DNA of 64,000 bases from Octopus bimaculoides (taxonomy: Eukaryota). Of the stretch, positions 1-11,431 are shown in pieces. Each line of letters begins with the position of its first letter. Positions within the stretch are counted from its first letter, which is position 1. The DNA lies in assembly GCF_001194135.2 (NCBI RefSeq), contig NC_068985.1:80731816-80795815 (forward strand), given 5' to 3'. The translations under genes and the position numbers were made by a program. The notes under the pieces were generated by a model. That model searched no databases and was not told the DNA's origin. It worked only from the letters and a program-made list of their open reading frames with translations.

Positions 1-144
1 GCTAGTTAACCTGCCTTTGATGTTGCTGCACCTCTTATGTGTCCATAGCTTGCACCGGGTACATCTTATAGAGTTACTACCTACTCCTTTTCTACATACT
101 GAGCAGGGCCATCTACCTGAAGGGGTTTGTGTTTTATCTACCTT

Positions 145-148
<4 letters not shown>
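1..148 (-). mobile_element. RTE-clade LINE ORF2 fragment containing a PHD-like Cys/His finger
   Basis: Minus-strand open frame RKVDKTQTPSGRWPCSVCRKGVGSNSIRCTRCKLWTHKRCSNIKGRLTS; 101-131 is the exact reverse complement of 3081-3111 in the RTE copy at 2983. Confidence 0.8.

Positions 149-179
<31 letters not shown>
147..179. repeat. (TA)n microsatellite
   Basis: Direct; one of many (TA)n, (TG)n, (CA)n, (CT)n, (TAA)n, (TTG)n and (GAA)n tracts in the window. Confidence 0.95.
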
Positions 180-184
<5 letters not shown>

Positions 185-188
185 TGTG

Positions 189-350
189 ATGGGCTTGTTT
201 TCAGTTTCTATCTGCCAATATTACCCACAAGCTGTGGTTGGTTTGGGGCTATAGTAGAAGACACTTGCCTAAGGTGGCACACAGTGGAATTGAACCCAAA
301 ACCACATCACTCAAAAAGTGAATCTCTTAACCATACAGTCATGCTTGTGT
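189..350 (-). mobile_element. tRNA-derived SINE family A, 5' part
   Basis: Similar in reverse complement to the heads at 40360 and 55664 (GGCTGTGTGGT...GGTTCAGTCCC...CCTTGGGCAAGTGTCTTCTACTATAG). Confidence 0.8.
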
Positions 351-769
351 ATTAAATATAAAATATAATATTTGACATGAAGTAAATTTCAGAATGGTGT
401 TGGTTGGTGAGGGGCTTTTTCAAAGATTAGGCATCTTAAGAGAGCAAGGAATACAGTTTGTGAGATGGTAATAGGTGTGTACAGCAAAACGAAATGTTCC
501 CAAGTTTGTGGGATCAAGTTAGTCAGCTTATAGTTGGTGAGTTGATTAAATAACTATTGGTGCATTGGAAAATATTCAGTTGGTTTAGAAGTCAAAGAAT
601 GTAACCCTTTATTATTCCACAAAAAGAAAATAACAAAAAGAAAGAAAATGGTTTTAAGTCATATTTTAAAAAAATAATTTTCATCTTTTGATTAAAATTT
701 TTTTTTTTACTAATAATTAGAATTTCCAAACATTATTATCGCCATCATCTTCAACTGTACGAGTGTATT

Positions 770-1080
770 GGTGCTGTCAGGATTATCATTATCATCCTCT
801 TCAGTTGAATGTCTGTTGTCTCTCCCCACTCTTTATACTGACATGAGCTGTATGAGCCTGCAAAATATTTCTTCTCCTTTTTATTCCTACCATCATCATT
901 TCCTTTATCTGATGCTTTCTTCAGTTTAGTTCTGCCTGACTAGTGTTTCACTAACGGCTCCTAGGACTTGTCTTCTTTGTTGTTGGCTTCTCAGCCTGCA
1001 TCAGCTATTCTCATCACATGTCATTATTAACACAGTTGTCTGGACATGTGATGAGAATGGATGATGCACACTGGACGAAG
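770..1080 (-). mobile_element. Degenerate RTE 3' fragment with a short inverted duplication
   Basis: GHVMR-like motif on both strands (minus GHVMRIADA, plus GHVMRMDDAHWTK), resembling the RTE C-terminal WxGHVxRM motif. Confidence 0.5.
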
Positions 1081-1869
1081 TGAAAATTATAATTTTTGCA
1101 TTCCACTTCTTAAAATGTTCAGTTAGTTTAGAATGTAAAAGTTGAAATGAAAACCAAATGAAATTTAATAAGGAAGGGATTGTTATGACAATTACTTGAA
1201 TCTTCATCAACAATGCCTACCAACCTTTAAAAATGCACACAGTAACAAAAAAATATATATATCTTCAGTGAGGAAAATAACCAAGAACCAAAACAGTCAA
1301 TTCAATTGTTAATATCTCAAAAAAAACAAAACAAAAAAAAAAACAAAAAAAAAACACTGATAGTTACGCAGTTGTCTGAAGATACCAGGAGATACTTCTG
1401 GGAAGTCTTGTAATTAAGGACATTCATCCAAACATGAATAGATGAAGATAGTTAGAAACTTATTGGGGTTCATACTATGAAGATACCTTTTAATATGTCT
1501 TAACCTCTTTCCTATGCATTTCTGTCACTGACTCCTGACTTCTGTTTGTATTTTATTTTATAGTTTTGCAAATTTGGATATTTGTGGGGTTTTTTGTGGG
1601 TTATATTTGTGTCTGCAGTAAATACAGTTTGTTTAACCTTCCTACTATCAATCACTCAGTTAGCACATGTAACCTAGACAGAGTAGGGCAAGTAGAATTA
1701 TGAAGAGGAGGAGATGAGGAGTTACTGCATTGTTATACAGTAACTCTCCATCTCCTCCTCTTCATCATCATCGTCATTACTGTCATCATTGTTTTACATG
1801 TTTTCTGTTTTTCCATGCTAGTTTGGATTGGACAGGTTTTTTGAGCTAGTGCTTTATAACTAGACACCT

Positions 1870-2420
1870 TCCAGTCCCCAATCATTTTAGTCACCTTTTG
1901 TAGGTTTGTTAGAGTTTGTTGCACCGTTGCATGTCCAATTAGTTTTGTAATTGTTAATATCTGTGTGTATTCCTTGGATTCTAAGTGTGAACTTTGAGGA
2001 TGGATCTGTGGACCTTGGAATCCCAGATTGTTACAATTGCAGTACCTTTTTCTCATTTGAAAGAAAGAAGGTAGTACTTTTGAAGCTGCACAATGGCACC
2101 TTGTTTGTGGATTTGCATAATTTTGAATGCCAAAATTTGGTACCAGTTCCTCGAGAACTTTCCAGATATAAATGATTATTATAGTTAATTTCTTTATTGC
2201 CAGGAATATAACTTCAAAGCTTTCGACCTTTCCAGTCATCTAATGCTTGGAACCAGATTTTTTTTTTGTGTGTGTGCATTGCCTTTAGTTCACTAGTGTG
2301 GCAAGTTCAGCAGTATATAGTGATCATAGATGGGATCAATAATTTAGATGAGTGCAAATATCCCCCAGACAAAAAGTACAAACACTTGTGCTCTTGTTCT
2401 GAATGTTGTTAGGATTCTTC
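1870..2420 (-). mobile_element. CR1/L2-clade LINE ORF2 C-terminal remnant
   Basis: Minus ORF 1733-2239 contains IYIWKVLEELVPNFGIQNYANPQTRCHC...RYCNCNNLGFQGPQ, resembling the post-RT C-terminus of CR1-like elements; frameshifted. Confidence 0.7.
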
Positions 2421-2486
2421 CTACCAATCTTGAATTTTCACTTTAAGTAGCACTGCACAAAAATGGGTTATAGAAATTCAAGAATA

Positions 2487-2670
2487 GTTGCTGTTTTGCC
2501 CCACCTCAATCCTGATCAGCTAGACTTATGATCAACAGGTTTCCATCTGTAACTATTTTTATATATCTAGAACTACATTGTCTATTACATCTTTAAGTTA
2601 AGGTGTGATTTGAAGGAAATTTGACTGTTATTTCTAGTAGTTTAGTGGTCATATAAAGGTCTCCTTGCTA
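2487..2670 (-). mobile_element. Interspersed repeat family D (SINE-like), minus copy
   Basis: Similar in reverse complement to 18620-18800 (CTAGAAATAG...GATCGTAGGTCT...GGGCTAAGCAGCAACAAC) and to 56850-57050. Confidence 0.55.
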
Positions 2671-2982
2671 GATTGGGATCCCTTGTTTAGCTGTAGATGA
2701 TGGTCAGGATAGAGAAAGAATTTTGTATAGCAGATGAAGATAGATGTTTTCTCATGTTATTTCCCTCTTTGATTCTAACAAGGTTGACAAATAACTCCAA
2801 ACATATAACTGGTGACAAATAAAAATAAAAATAAATAACTACTGTTGATTTTTACGCATTAAAGTAATTATTATATGTTTAACAACAACAACAACAAAAA
2901 AACCCAAATGAATATTTGAACTGCAACAATATCTGTCATTTTGTTGAATATTTGTGTAATTTTTGTGTTTTTAATCAATTAT

Positions 2983-4145
2983 CAGGTGTGGAAGCAAGAT
3001 TTAGAATCGAAGGGCCTTAGAGTCAATGTTGCAAAAACCAAAGTCCTAGTAAGTAGGAAAGTGAACACATCACAAACCCCTTCAGGTAGATGGCCCTGCT
3101 CGATCTGTAGAGAGTGAATGCTCAGAGAGTGTTGCCACTAGAATAAGAATAGCCTGGGCAAAGTTTAGAAACCCCCTACCTCTACTGGTAACAAAGGACC
3201 TCTCGCTCAGAATGAAAGGTAGATTGTATGATCCATGTGTGCAAACTGCCATTCTACATGGCAGGGAAACATGGGCCATGACTGTGTAGGCTCAAAAGAA
3301 ATGAAGCTAGTATGATCTTCTGGATGTGTAATGTCAGTGTACACACACGGCAGAGTGTAAGTGCCCTGAGAGAAATGTTGGACATAAGAAGCATCAGATG
3401 TGGTGTGCAAGAGAGATGACTGTGCTGGTATGGACATGCGCTATGTATGGATGAGGAGAGCTATGTGAAGAAGTGTCACTCCCTAACAGTGGAAGGAACC
3501 CATGGAAGAGGGAGACCCAGGGAGACCCAGGAAGACATGTGATGAAGTGGTGAAGCATGATCTTTGAATGTTGGGCCTCACAGAGGCAATGATGAAAGAC
3601 CAAGACCTCTGGAGATATGTTGTGATTGAGAAGACCCAGCAAAGAAAGCAAGATTGCAGCCATAGCCTACACCAGTGTCGCATAACCAGCCCATTTAAAA
3701 AGTACCTTTGAATCGTCAGGTGACATTCCATGCTTGAGGAGACCTATTGAGTTAAGTAAATCAAAATCAAAATCATATCAAATCGCAATCAAATGGAAAT
3801 TGTTGTTGTGGCTGTTACCAATGCTGGTGGTATGCAATAAGCACCATTCATTCATGGGTGGGTTGCTGCCAGAGCTGTCTGACTGGCTCCTGTGCTGGTG
3901 GCACGTTAAAAGCACTATCTGAACATGGCCAATGCCAGTGTTGCCCGACTGCCTCCCATGCCAGTGGCACCTAAAAAGCACCCACTACACTCTCGGAGTG
4001 GTTGGTGTTAGGAAGGGCATCCAGCTGTAGAAACATTGCCAGATCAGATTGGAGCCTGGTGCGGCCTCCTGGCTTGCCAGTCTCCAGTTAAATCATCCAA
4101 CCCATGCCAGCATGGAAAACAGACGTTAAACGACGATGATGATAA
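2983..4145 (+). mobile_element. 5'-truncated RTE LINE: ORF2 C-terminus, 3' UTR and (GAT)n tail
   Basis: QVWKQDLESKGLRVNVAKTKVLV...AWAKFRNPLPLL...RCGVQER*LCWYGHALCMDEESYVKKCHSLTVEGTHGRGRP with stops and frameshifts, followed by GGAAGGGCATCCAGC...GACGTTAAACGACGATGAT tail. Confidence 0.9.
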
Positions 4146-4489
4146 TAATATAATGGTTGTTGTCTTTTAAGTGACAAATAATTAACTTGATCAAATTCCC
4201 TTAGTTAATTTACAGTTGTTTTGGCCTTTGTAGTATTACAGATCAAAATTACTGTGTGGGAGGTTTCAGTTGTTAAGGTGCTATGCAATTAGGTGATGTT
4301 CTCAGAAAACAAATGCTTTAACCATTTCAACTCAGAATTTTTTCTCAAGATTTGCATACATTTTCTCTAAAATTTTGGTAAAACTATATAGTGTAGATGC
4401 TTATTAGACGTAATCAGGGTGTTGGTAGCAGCGGAGAAAAGATTTGGTTAGCTCATATTCTTTTCATCCATTGAGCAAAAAACTCTGAA

Positions 4490-4700
4490 GTTCATTTTGC
4501 TATCTCTGCCTCTCAGGTCTACTTATAGAACCATTATAAGATGCCAGAACGGTCTGCAGATGCAACCAGCATATGCAATTGTATTGACATACCAGCTTGT
4601 TCTGGATGTAAGTTCTGTAACTTCACTACTCTCTCCTAACATGGCCACAACCTGTGGGTGTGAGGTGGTACTTTGCTTGCTATGACAGCAGTAGTGACTG
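4490..4700 (-). mobile_element. Possible highly decayed RTE-type 3' end
   Basis: Minus reading TPTGCGHVRR..RTYIQ resembles the WTPxHG..GRPARTYIQQL motif of RTE-like elements; weak. Confidence 0.3.
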
Positions 4701-5354
4701 CTATAACCAAGATACCACTACTGTAATTTGTAACAATAGTTAAAATCAATCCTACTCTCTCCTTCACTCTCTTCATTAGAAAAAGCTGCTATTATTCCAT
4801 TCCTAGAACCTATGTTTGGTCCTGAATGAGTCTGACACATAAGAAAATTGACCATAGTAAGATAATAACGTTTGAATTTGAACTTTTTTCTTGAAATGCA
4901 CCAGCACTGGGGGCATTATAAGATAATGGGACATTATAAGGACAAATTACAGAATTGAATATAAGAAAACAGGTATGAAAAATAAAAGTATACAAAAAGA
5001 ATGAAGTAAGATGTTCCAATGATAACTTAGTGACTTAAATCCAATCAAGGAACTCCAGAGATCCAGTATTACTCTGAATATCAAGGGCAAGTGCCCACTT
5101 CCAGTTGTATATGCCAGCCTGCAGAATGCCCAGGTGTACACGTTCACCTGGACATTCTGCTACTCATACCTACCATTCAGTAAATTTACTGATAGACTGT
5201 ATATTTCCTCTCCACCTTTATCCTTTCTATGCGGAACTTGAAGATATTGATGGAGGATTTGCCAAAAAGGGATAATAATAATGATGATAATGACATAACA
5301 AAAACAACAGCAGCAGCAGCATCAGCAGCATTAACATCACCAATAATAATGGTT

Positions 5355-5560
5355 TGTGATTGAGGCACAAAGCCAGCATTTTTTGAGAGGAGGGGTTACT
5401 TGATGCTATCAACTCAGTACATGGTGGATATTTTATTTTAACAACTCTCAAAAGAATGAAAAGCAAAGTTGACCGTGGCAGGATTTGAACTCAGACTGTA
5501 AAGAGCTGGATCAAATACCACTAGGCATTTTGTTCAATGCTGTAATGGTTTTGTCAAGAA
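5355..5560 (-). mobile_element. SINE family B
   Basis: Reverse complement of the CTGAGTTCAAAT...GGTCAACTTTGC(C)TTTCAT core seen in the copies at 50036-51178. Confidence 0.75.
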
Positions 5561-5649
5561 TAAGTATAGAAACACATTTTAGAGGATGAGTGTAGTTGAT
5601 TATATTCCCTTCTGTACTTGACCGTTATTTATTTTAAGAATAATAATTC

Positions 5650-6118
5650 TTTTATTCTTTCACTTGTTTCAGTCATCAGACTGCAGCCATGCAGGAGCAC
5701 CATCTTAAAAAATTTTAGTCCAATGAATCAGCCCCAGTACTCATATTTTCTTTAAAGCCTGGTACTTATTTTATCAGTCTTTTTTACCAAACCACTAAGC
5801 TATGGGGGATGTAAACACACCAACACCAGTTGTCAAGCAGTGATGGGGGACAAACACACACAAAGACACACGCACATAGATATACATACATGCATACATA
5901 CATATATACATACATACATACATATATACATACATACATACATACATACATACATAACAAGCTTCTTTCTGTTTCCATCTACCAAATCCACTGACAAGGC
6001 TTTGGTTAGCCTGAGACCATAGCAGAAGACATTTGTCCAAGATGCTATGCAGTGGGACTGAACCCAGAACCATATGTTTGGGAAGCAAACTTCTTACCAT
6101 ACAGCCATGCCTGCACCT
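5650..6118 (-). mobile_element. SINE family A, near full length with internal (TACA)n
   Basis: Head 5955-6118, internal microsatellite, tail ACTTGTTTCAGTCAT...GCAGCCATGC; collinear with 29710-30133. Confidence 0.85.
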
Positions 6119-7309
6119 AATGATTTCTAAAAATAATAGCACAAAGCCATAGATTCTGGAAGGTATGTGGAGATTTTGTCAACCACATTGCTTGTCTCAT
6201 GCTTATTTCATCAACTTCAAGAGGCAAAGTTGAGTCAGGCAAAATTTGAACCTTGAAAATAAGAAGGAACTAAAAAGTACAGAGTTTTATTTGCCATTCT
6301 AATGATTCTATCTGTCTACTGCTAGATTTTAATCCTATAATCTATGAATTTAATAAAAATTAAAACCTGCTTAGCACCAATGGCTTTTAATCATCAATTA
6401 AGTCTACTGTTCTATTTACACTATGAACTGTAGTTTTGCATGATACATATTTACATCGGGGCAGATTGAAGTAGCATGAAGGTTATTAAAAGTGTTGCTT
6501 ATGAAAACAGCACAAGGGCCAGTGATGGGATATGAAACATCAAGCTTTTCACTTATAGATTGATTGACACACTGTCAACTTGGTTAGCTTTAATTCTTGA
6601 GTAATAAAAAAAATATTTTGAATAAAATGAAGCATAAATTTGAATTTATATTTGCATGTAATTAGATAATAATTTAAATATAAATTAATCATAATTAAGT
6701 ATAAATTTAAATACATTACCCTTATTAGTTATATTTGAATAATATTTAAATGTTAATTTGTAAATTAATTACGAATAGTCCCAAACTCCAATTAGAAATT
6801 CAATTATTAAGTAGGTACCACAATATGGTAAACTTCATTGCTTCATTGGAAGGAATGAGTTCAATTCTTCTTGTGGGGGGAATTATGTACAGTAGTCGGC
6901 TCTTTTACCTTGAGAATAAAATGAAATAATATAAAAACAAGTTCAATTAGCTTTAAATATAAATTTATTTAATGAGATGTTAGCCTTTTCATCACACAAC
7001 TGTAACCTGGTCACTGGCTGTTATTGAATAGTTCTTTTACAATGTAGTTGTAAAAGAGTTACCCCTCTGACTGACATCTACTTCCTCCATCTTCTCCCCT
7101 AATTTCAGCACATGGTCTCAGATCAGATACTTGTTAGATTAATAGAATCCTGACACTTAACTTCTTTGTATATGTACATGTACTTTGTATATGTATATGT
7201 TCAGCCTTTATTTAGATTAATTAGAAGAATGGAACATATTTTTTCCCCTACTTATTTTAAGTTCCTCCTCTGTTGCAATTCATATATCATCATCATCATC
7301 ATCGTCGTT

Positions 7310-7640
7310 GTCGTTGTCGTCGTCATCATCATCATCAATGTCTGTTCTCCTTGCTGGCATGAGTTGGCTGTTTCAGCTGGAGCTGGTGAGCCAGAGGACT
7401 GCATCAAGCTCCAATATCTGCTTTGGCATGAATTCTATGGCTAAATCTATTCCTAATGCCAACCACTTTACGCAGTGTGCTGGGTGCTTTTTATGTGGCA
7501 CCAGCACACAGGACAAGCCGACCCATCAATTGAATAAGGAGTATTATTAGGGGAGGTGACTTTATGCCAAGTGATGAGAGGTTAACATATGATAGAGAGG
7601 CAAGAACAGGTGTCATGCAGTAGAGGAGATATATGGGTAC
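7310..7640 (-). mobile_element. RTE-tail-bearing repeat (family C)
   Basis: (CAT)n tail followed by sequence similar in reverse complement to 3980-4145. Confidence 0.65.
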
Positions 7641-8318
7641 TCTCAGATGGAACAGGAAGGGGACGATGGTGAAGATGTGTGAGACTATATCCTCAAGTCA
7701 CAAGAAATTGAATAAAGGAGAAGTGATATTGGTGTGTAAGTTCGTGGGAGTGTGAGAGGTAAGTGGCAGATGGGTAGAGGGAAATGCAGTGAGTGGTGAA
7801 CAGGGATGGAAATATGGTCAATTAGGGGAGAAGGTGTAGGAAGTAGATGTCGGTCAGAGAGGTAATAAAGTGAAGTGTGTGTGGGTGGTGTGCAAGAGAG
7901 CTGAAGACGAAGTCAGAGGTACATGAGTGTGGAAATGGCTGGAGATGGACAGAAGCAATGGGTGGTGGTGATGCTGGTGGTGGCTGCTGCTGGCAAAATA
8001 AAGGGGTGGGTGTACAGTGGAAGAGGAAGTGAAAGGAGCATTCAGTGGAAAATTAAAGGTATGGGATGATACTGAGAATGTGTGAGAAAAAGTCAGTGAT
8101 TCCTGGGAGAGGAGCCATAGGGACAGGTGATGAAATATGTGTGGTTTCATTCTCATAATTACAGCAGCTGATTGAGTGGTGCTGTAGTTAGGAGAGTAAT
8201 AGAGGAGTGGGTGTTAGGAAGATGGGTTGAGTGGGAAGAGGTTTGTATCAGAGACAGAGCGGGTGCAGGAGGAGTAGACAGAAACAACATGCTATTAGGG
8301 CCTTGTTTTTGCTTAGAT

Positions 8319-8569
8319 CAGTGTTTCTCAATCATTAAAAAAATTTTTTAAATCTCTAGGCCCCTTTGATTCCTATTTTACTTGGATGAACCCTCCTAGC
8401 TATTCGATTTAAAAAAAAATCATATTTTATTTTTATAATTTGACATTATTAGGAATTGTATTAAAAAATTGTTAAAATAGAAGTATAACCAATTTATTGC
8501 AAATAAATTTTAGCAGCAAATTCTTATACTGACTCCAAGAGCCATATGGACTATGATTGAAAACCACTG
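8319..8569. mobile_element. hAT (Charlie-like) MITE
   Basis: TIRs CAGTGTTTCTCAA / TTGAAAACCACTG; exact 8-bp TSD GCTTAGAT at 8311-8318 and 8570-8577. Confidence 0.9.
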
Positions 8570-8609
8570 GCTTAGATGAACAGGTTTTCTAGAGCACAGA
8601 AAATTGTCA

Positions 8610-8935
8610 GTCATCTTGGTCCTTTGTCATCGCCTTTATGAGGATCAATATCCAATAGTCATACCTCCCCACTTCTTTTCATGTCTTTCTGGGTCTCCGT
8701 CTTACACAGGTTCCATCCACATTTAGCAATTGGCACTTCTTTATTCACCAGTCCTCATCCATATGCATTTTACCATACCAGTGCAGTCTTCTGTCTTGCA
8801 CACTACATTTGCAGCTTCTTATGCCCAACTTTTCACCAAAACATTTGCACTTTGTCATGCATGCACACTGACATTGCACATCCAGCAGAAGATGCTAGCT
8901 TAATTTCTTTCAAGATTTTGTACTTCCTCTGTATT
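8610..8935 (-). mobile_element. RTE ORF2 3' fragment
   Basis: Similar in reverse complement to about 3290-3600 (region of LCWYGH...GRGRP). Confidence 0.8.
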
Positions 8936-9235
8936 CACAGCCCATGCTCCACTATCATATATCATTTCGGCATGCGCACAAGCATCATAAAAATCTACCT
9001 TTTACACTGAGAGGCCTTTTATTACCATTAAGTAAACAAACCAGAATTGAAGTACTCAATACAATGAATTGAGAAGGTGCATTTATCTATGCAATGATGA
9101 TGAATAACTCTTCGGGAACTACTTTATGTTTCTGAGATGGGTCCTTAACCAAAGGACAGAAACAGAAAAAAGAAGGCCATAAAAAAACACACACACGCAC
9201 GCATGCACGCACACACACTACCCTTTAATCTAGAT

Positions 9236-9529
9236 CAGTGCTCCTCAAACTATCTGATGCCGCGTACTGGCTACTTTCTGTTTTTTCCACTGTACCAGGG
9301 ACTGATAAGATTTCTTAGTAATATTAATTTATACCAGAAACAATATATATAATGAATATAATAAAAGTTGATACATTTTTTTATCTTATATTTATTTTGT
9401 AAACAAATAATACAATATTACATAAGCATTTTATAATGTTTCTTTCTTTTCTGGAAAATCGCCACATACCAGCAGCTGATGGCTTGTGGACCGGCACTGG
9501 TCTGTGGACCACAACTTTGAGTAGCACTG
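9236..9529. mobile_element. hAT (Charlie-like) MITE, second family
   Basis: TIRs CAGTGCTCCTCAAA / TTTGAGTAGCACTG; exact 8-bp TSD ATCTAGAT at 9228-9235 and 9530-9537 (NTCTAGAN target). Confidence 0.92.
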
Positions 9530-9559
9530 ATCTAGATTACACTTTACCCTGGTTACACA

Positions 9560-9720
9560 TTATTCTGTAAAGTGGTTGACATGAGGAAGGGCTTCCAGCT
9601 GTAGATGCCATGCCAAAGCAGATATCAGAGCTTATGTAATCTTCTGATCTGCCAGTTCCTGTCAGACTGTCCAGTCCATGTCAACAGGGAAAATGGATAC
9701 TAAATGATGATGAGAATGAG
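9560..9720 (+). mobile_element. RTE-tail repeat (family C)
   Basis: AGGAAGGGCTTCCAGCTGTAG...TAAATGATGATGA, similar to 4005-4145. Confidence 0.7.
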
Positions 9721-10659
9721 ATCATCATCATCATCATAATCATTATAATTGTTAACATCATCTTCATAGTTATGATTGTCATTGTCGTAATCATCATCTT
9801 TATGACATTACATGATAGCATTCTTTACTTCCTCCACCTACTCACCATCACCACCACCACCACCACCATTATGGTCACCATAACAGCATCATTTTATCTT
9901 TAACCATTTTAACCCGAGATTTTCAATGACATCTCCAATGTAGATTTCCTTTGTGTTATCATTTCCAGTTAGTTTTGTGCATTGTATATTGCATCTGTTT
10001 TCTTCATTTGTAATTTTTCTTTATCATTGTGTGTGTATATACATATGCATACACTGCCATATGGATGCACATATGCATACACTAGCTATCAGTTCTTTCT
10101 TACAAGCAGTATACAATGTTCTTGAATCACACATTGATTGTTATCTTGCCACATTCAGTGCCTAAGTATGAAACTTACATTATCTAACCAGCATAACAGA
10201 TTTGTTAAATTATATTCCATGTTTCATATTGTTAAATGTGTTTCTGCAGTTATATCAGCTTAAACAGTATTAAATCAATGACATGTATAGTGTGAAAATA
10301 GAAAGTATGTTTGTTGAATAACAAATGCAAAAGGCATCTGAAGCAGGTAATTATCTCAAAGGTGGTCATGTATGAGGGGAAGGGTGTGAGTAAATCCAGA
10401 ATTTGTTTAAGTCTCAAATTTTATCACACTTACTACAGTGTTCTCTTAAATATATTGATGTAGAGGAAAACTGAGTGGATCCTTTTTCTTTTATGAAGAT
10501 AGATATTGAAATTTTTTTTTAATATTTCATTCTCAGGAGGAATGGTAATGCCTCTGAGACTATTAGAGGGAGGAAAGAAGGTATCCTTAAGCAAAAGACC
10601 TGACTTGAATGTTTGTAGCAGAGTTGACTCTGTTAAAAGCACCCAATTTCATCAGACCA

Positions 10660-10800
10660 CCACTCTTGACTGGTACATTTTTTATTGTCCCCTGAAAAGC
10701 TGAAAAGCAAAGTTGACCAGAGTTGGGGATTTGAACTTGGAATGCAAAGGACCAGAATATATACTGCAACCTCTTTATTCTGTTGCTTTTACAACTGTGC
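10660..10800 (-). mobile_element. SINE family B fragment
   Basis: ACTGGTAC...GAAAAGCAAAGTTGACC...TTTGAACT core. Confidence 0.65.
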
Positions 10801-11357
10801 CATTTTGTCACATTCATGTTAAAGTTCATAATCTTACTTTCATCTTGCAGTGGTTAATAATTACTAGCAGGACTCGTGAATATTTCTCAGAATTAATGGA
10901 ATACCTATTGGGTTATTTCTGAAAACTTTAGCTAGACAACCTGAAAGCATAGCCTGTGCTGTGTCTATATGGAAAGATAGTCACTCATCTCCTACTCAAT
11001 GAAAGTGAAAGAAATTGGAATACAATGATTACTTAATGCACTTTATATATACACTTTATATATACACTTTATATACTTTATGCACAATTTTATAGATGTA
11101 ATACACAGCACTTGTAAAATAAATATTCACTCTTATTTTTCCATTTCCCCTATAAACAAACAAAAAAATATCCTGTACATATGATACAACCTTTAGTTAA
11201 ATTGCATATGTCTGTTACATAAATGTGAATATTTCATGGAATTGCACTTATGCGCATGAGTTAAGTGATAGATGATATAAAAACTTGGTTGAATTTTTAA
11301 AATATACACTTTTCACTATCCAGTCACCTCCACCACCACCACCACCACCTCCTCTCT

Positions 11358-11431
11358 CCCCTCGCTCCCTCTTTCCCCTCGCTCCCTCTTTCCCCTCGCT
11401 CCCTCTTTCCCCTCGCTCCCTCTCTCCCCTC
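11358..11431. repeat. 17-bp minisatellite (CTCGCTCCCTCTTTCCC)n running into an assembly gap
   Basis: Direct; about 4 units before the N run. Confidence 0.85.

Noticed and set aside
1376-1410. CTGAAGA followed by a CCAG/CTGG stem
   Set aside because: Followed by GAAG rather than GAAA, with no stem I or stem III in register.
4517-4607. Apparent 91-nt exon with good splice sites (CTCTCAG|...GAT|GTAAGT; STYRTIIRCQNGLQMQPAYAIVLTYQLVLD)
   Set aside because: No recognisable protein, and the opposite strand resembles a decayed RTE 3' end; cannot be supported without RNA data.
7033-7057. 10-bp perfect hairpin
   Set aside because: AT-rich and short; expected by chance in this composition.
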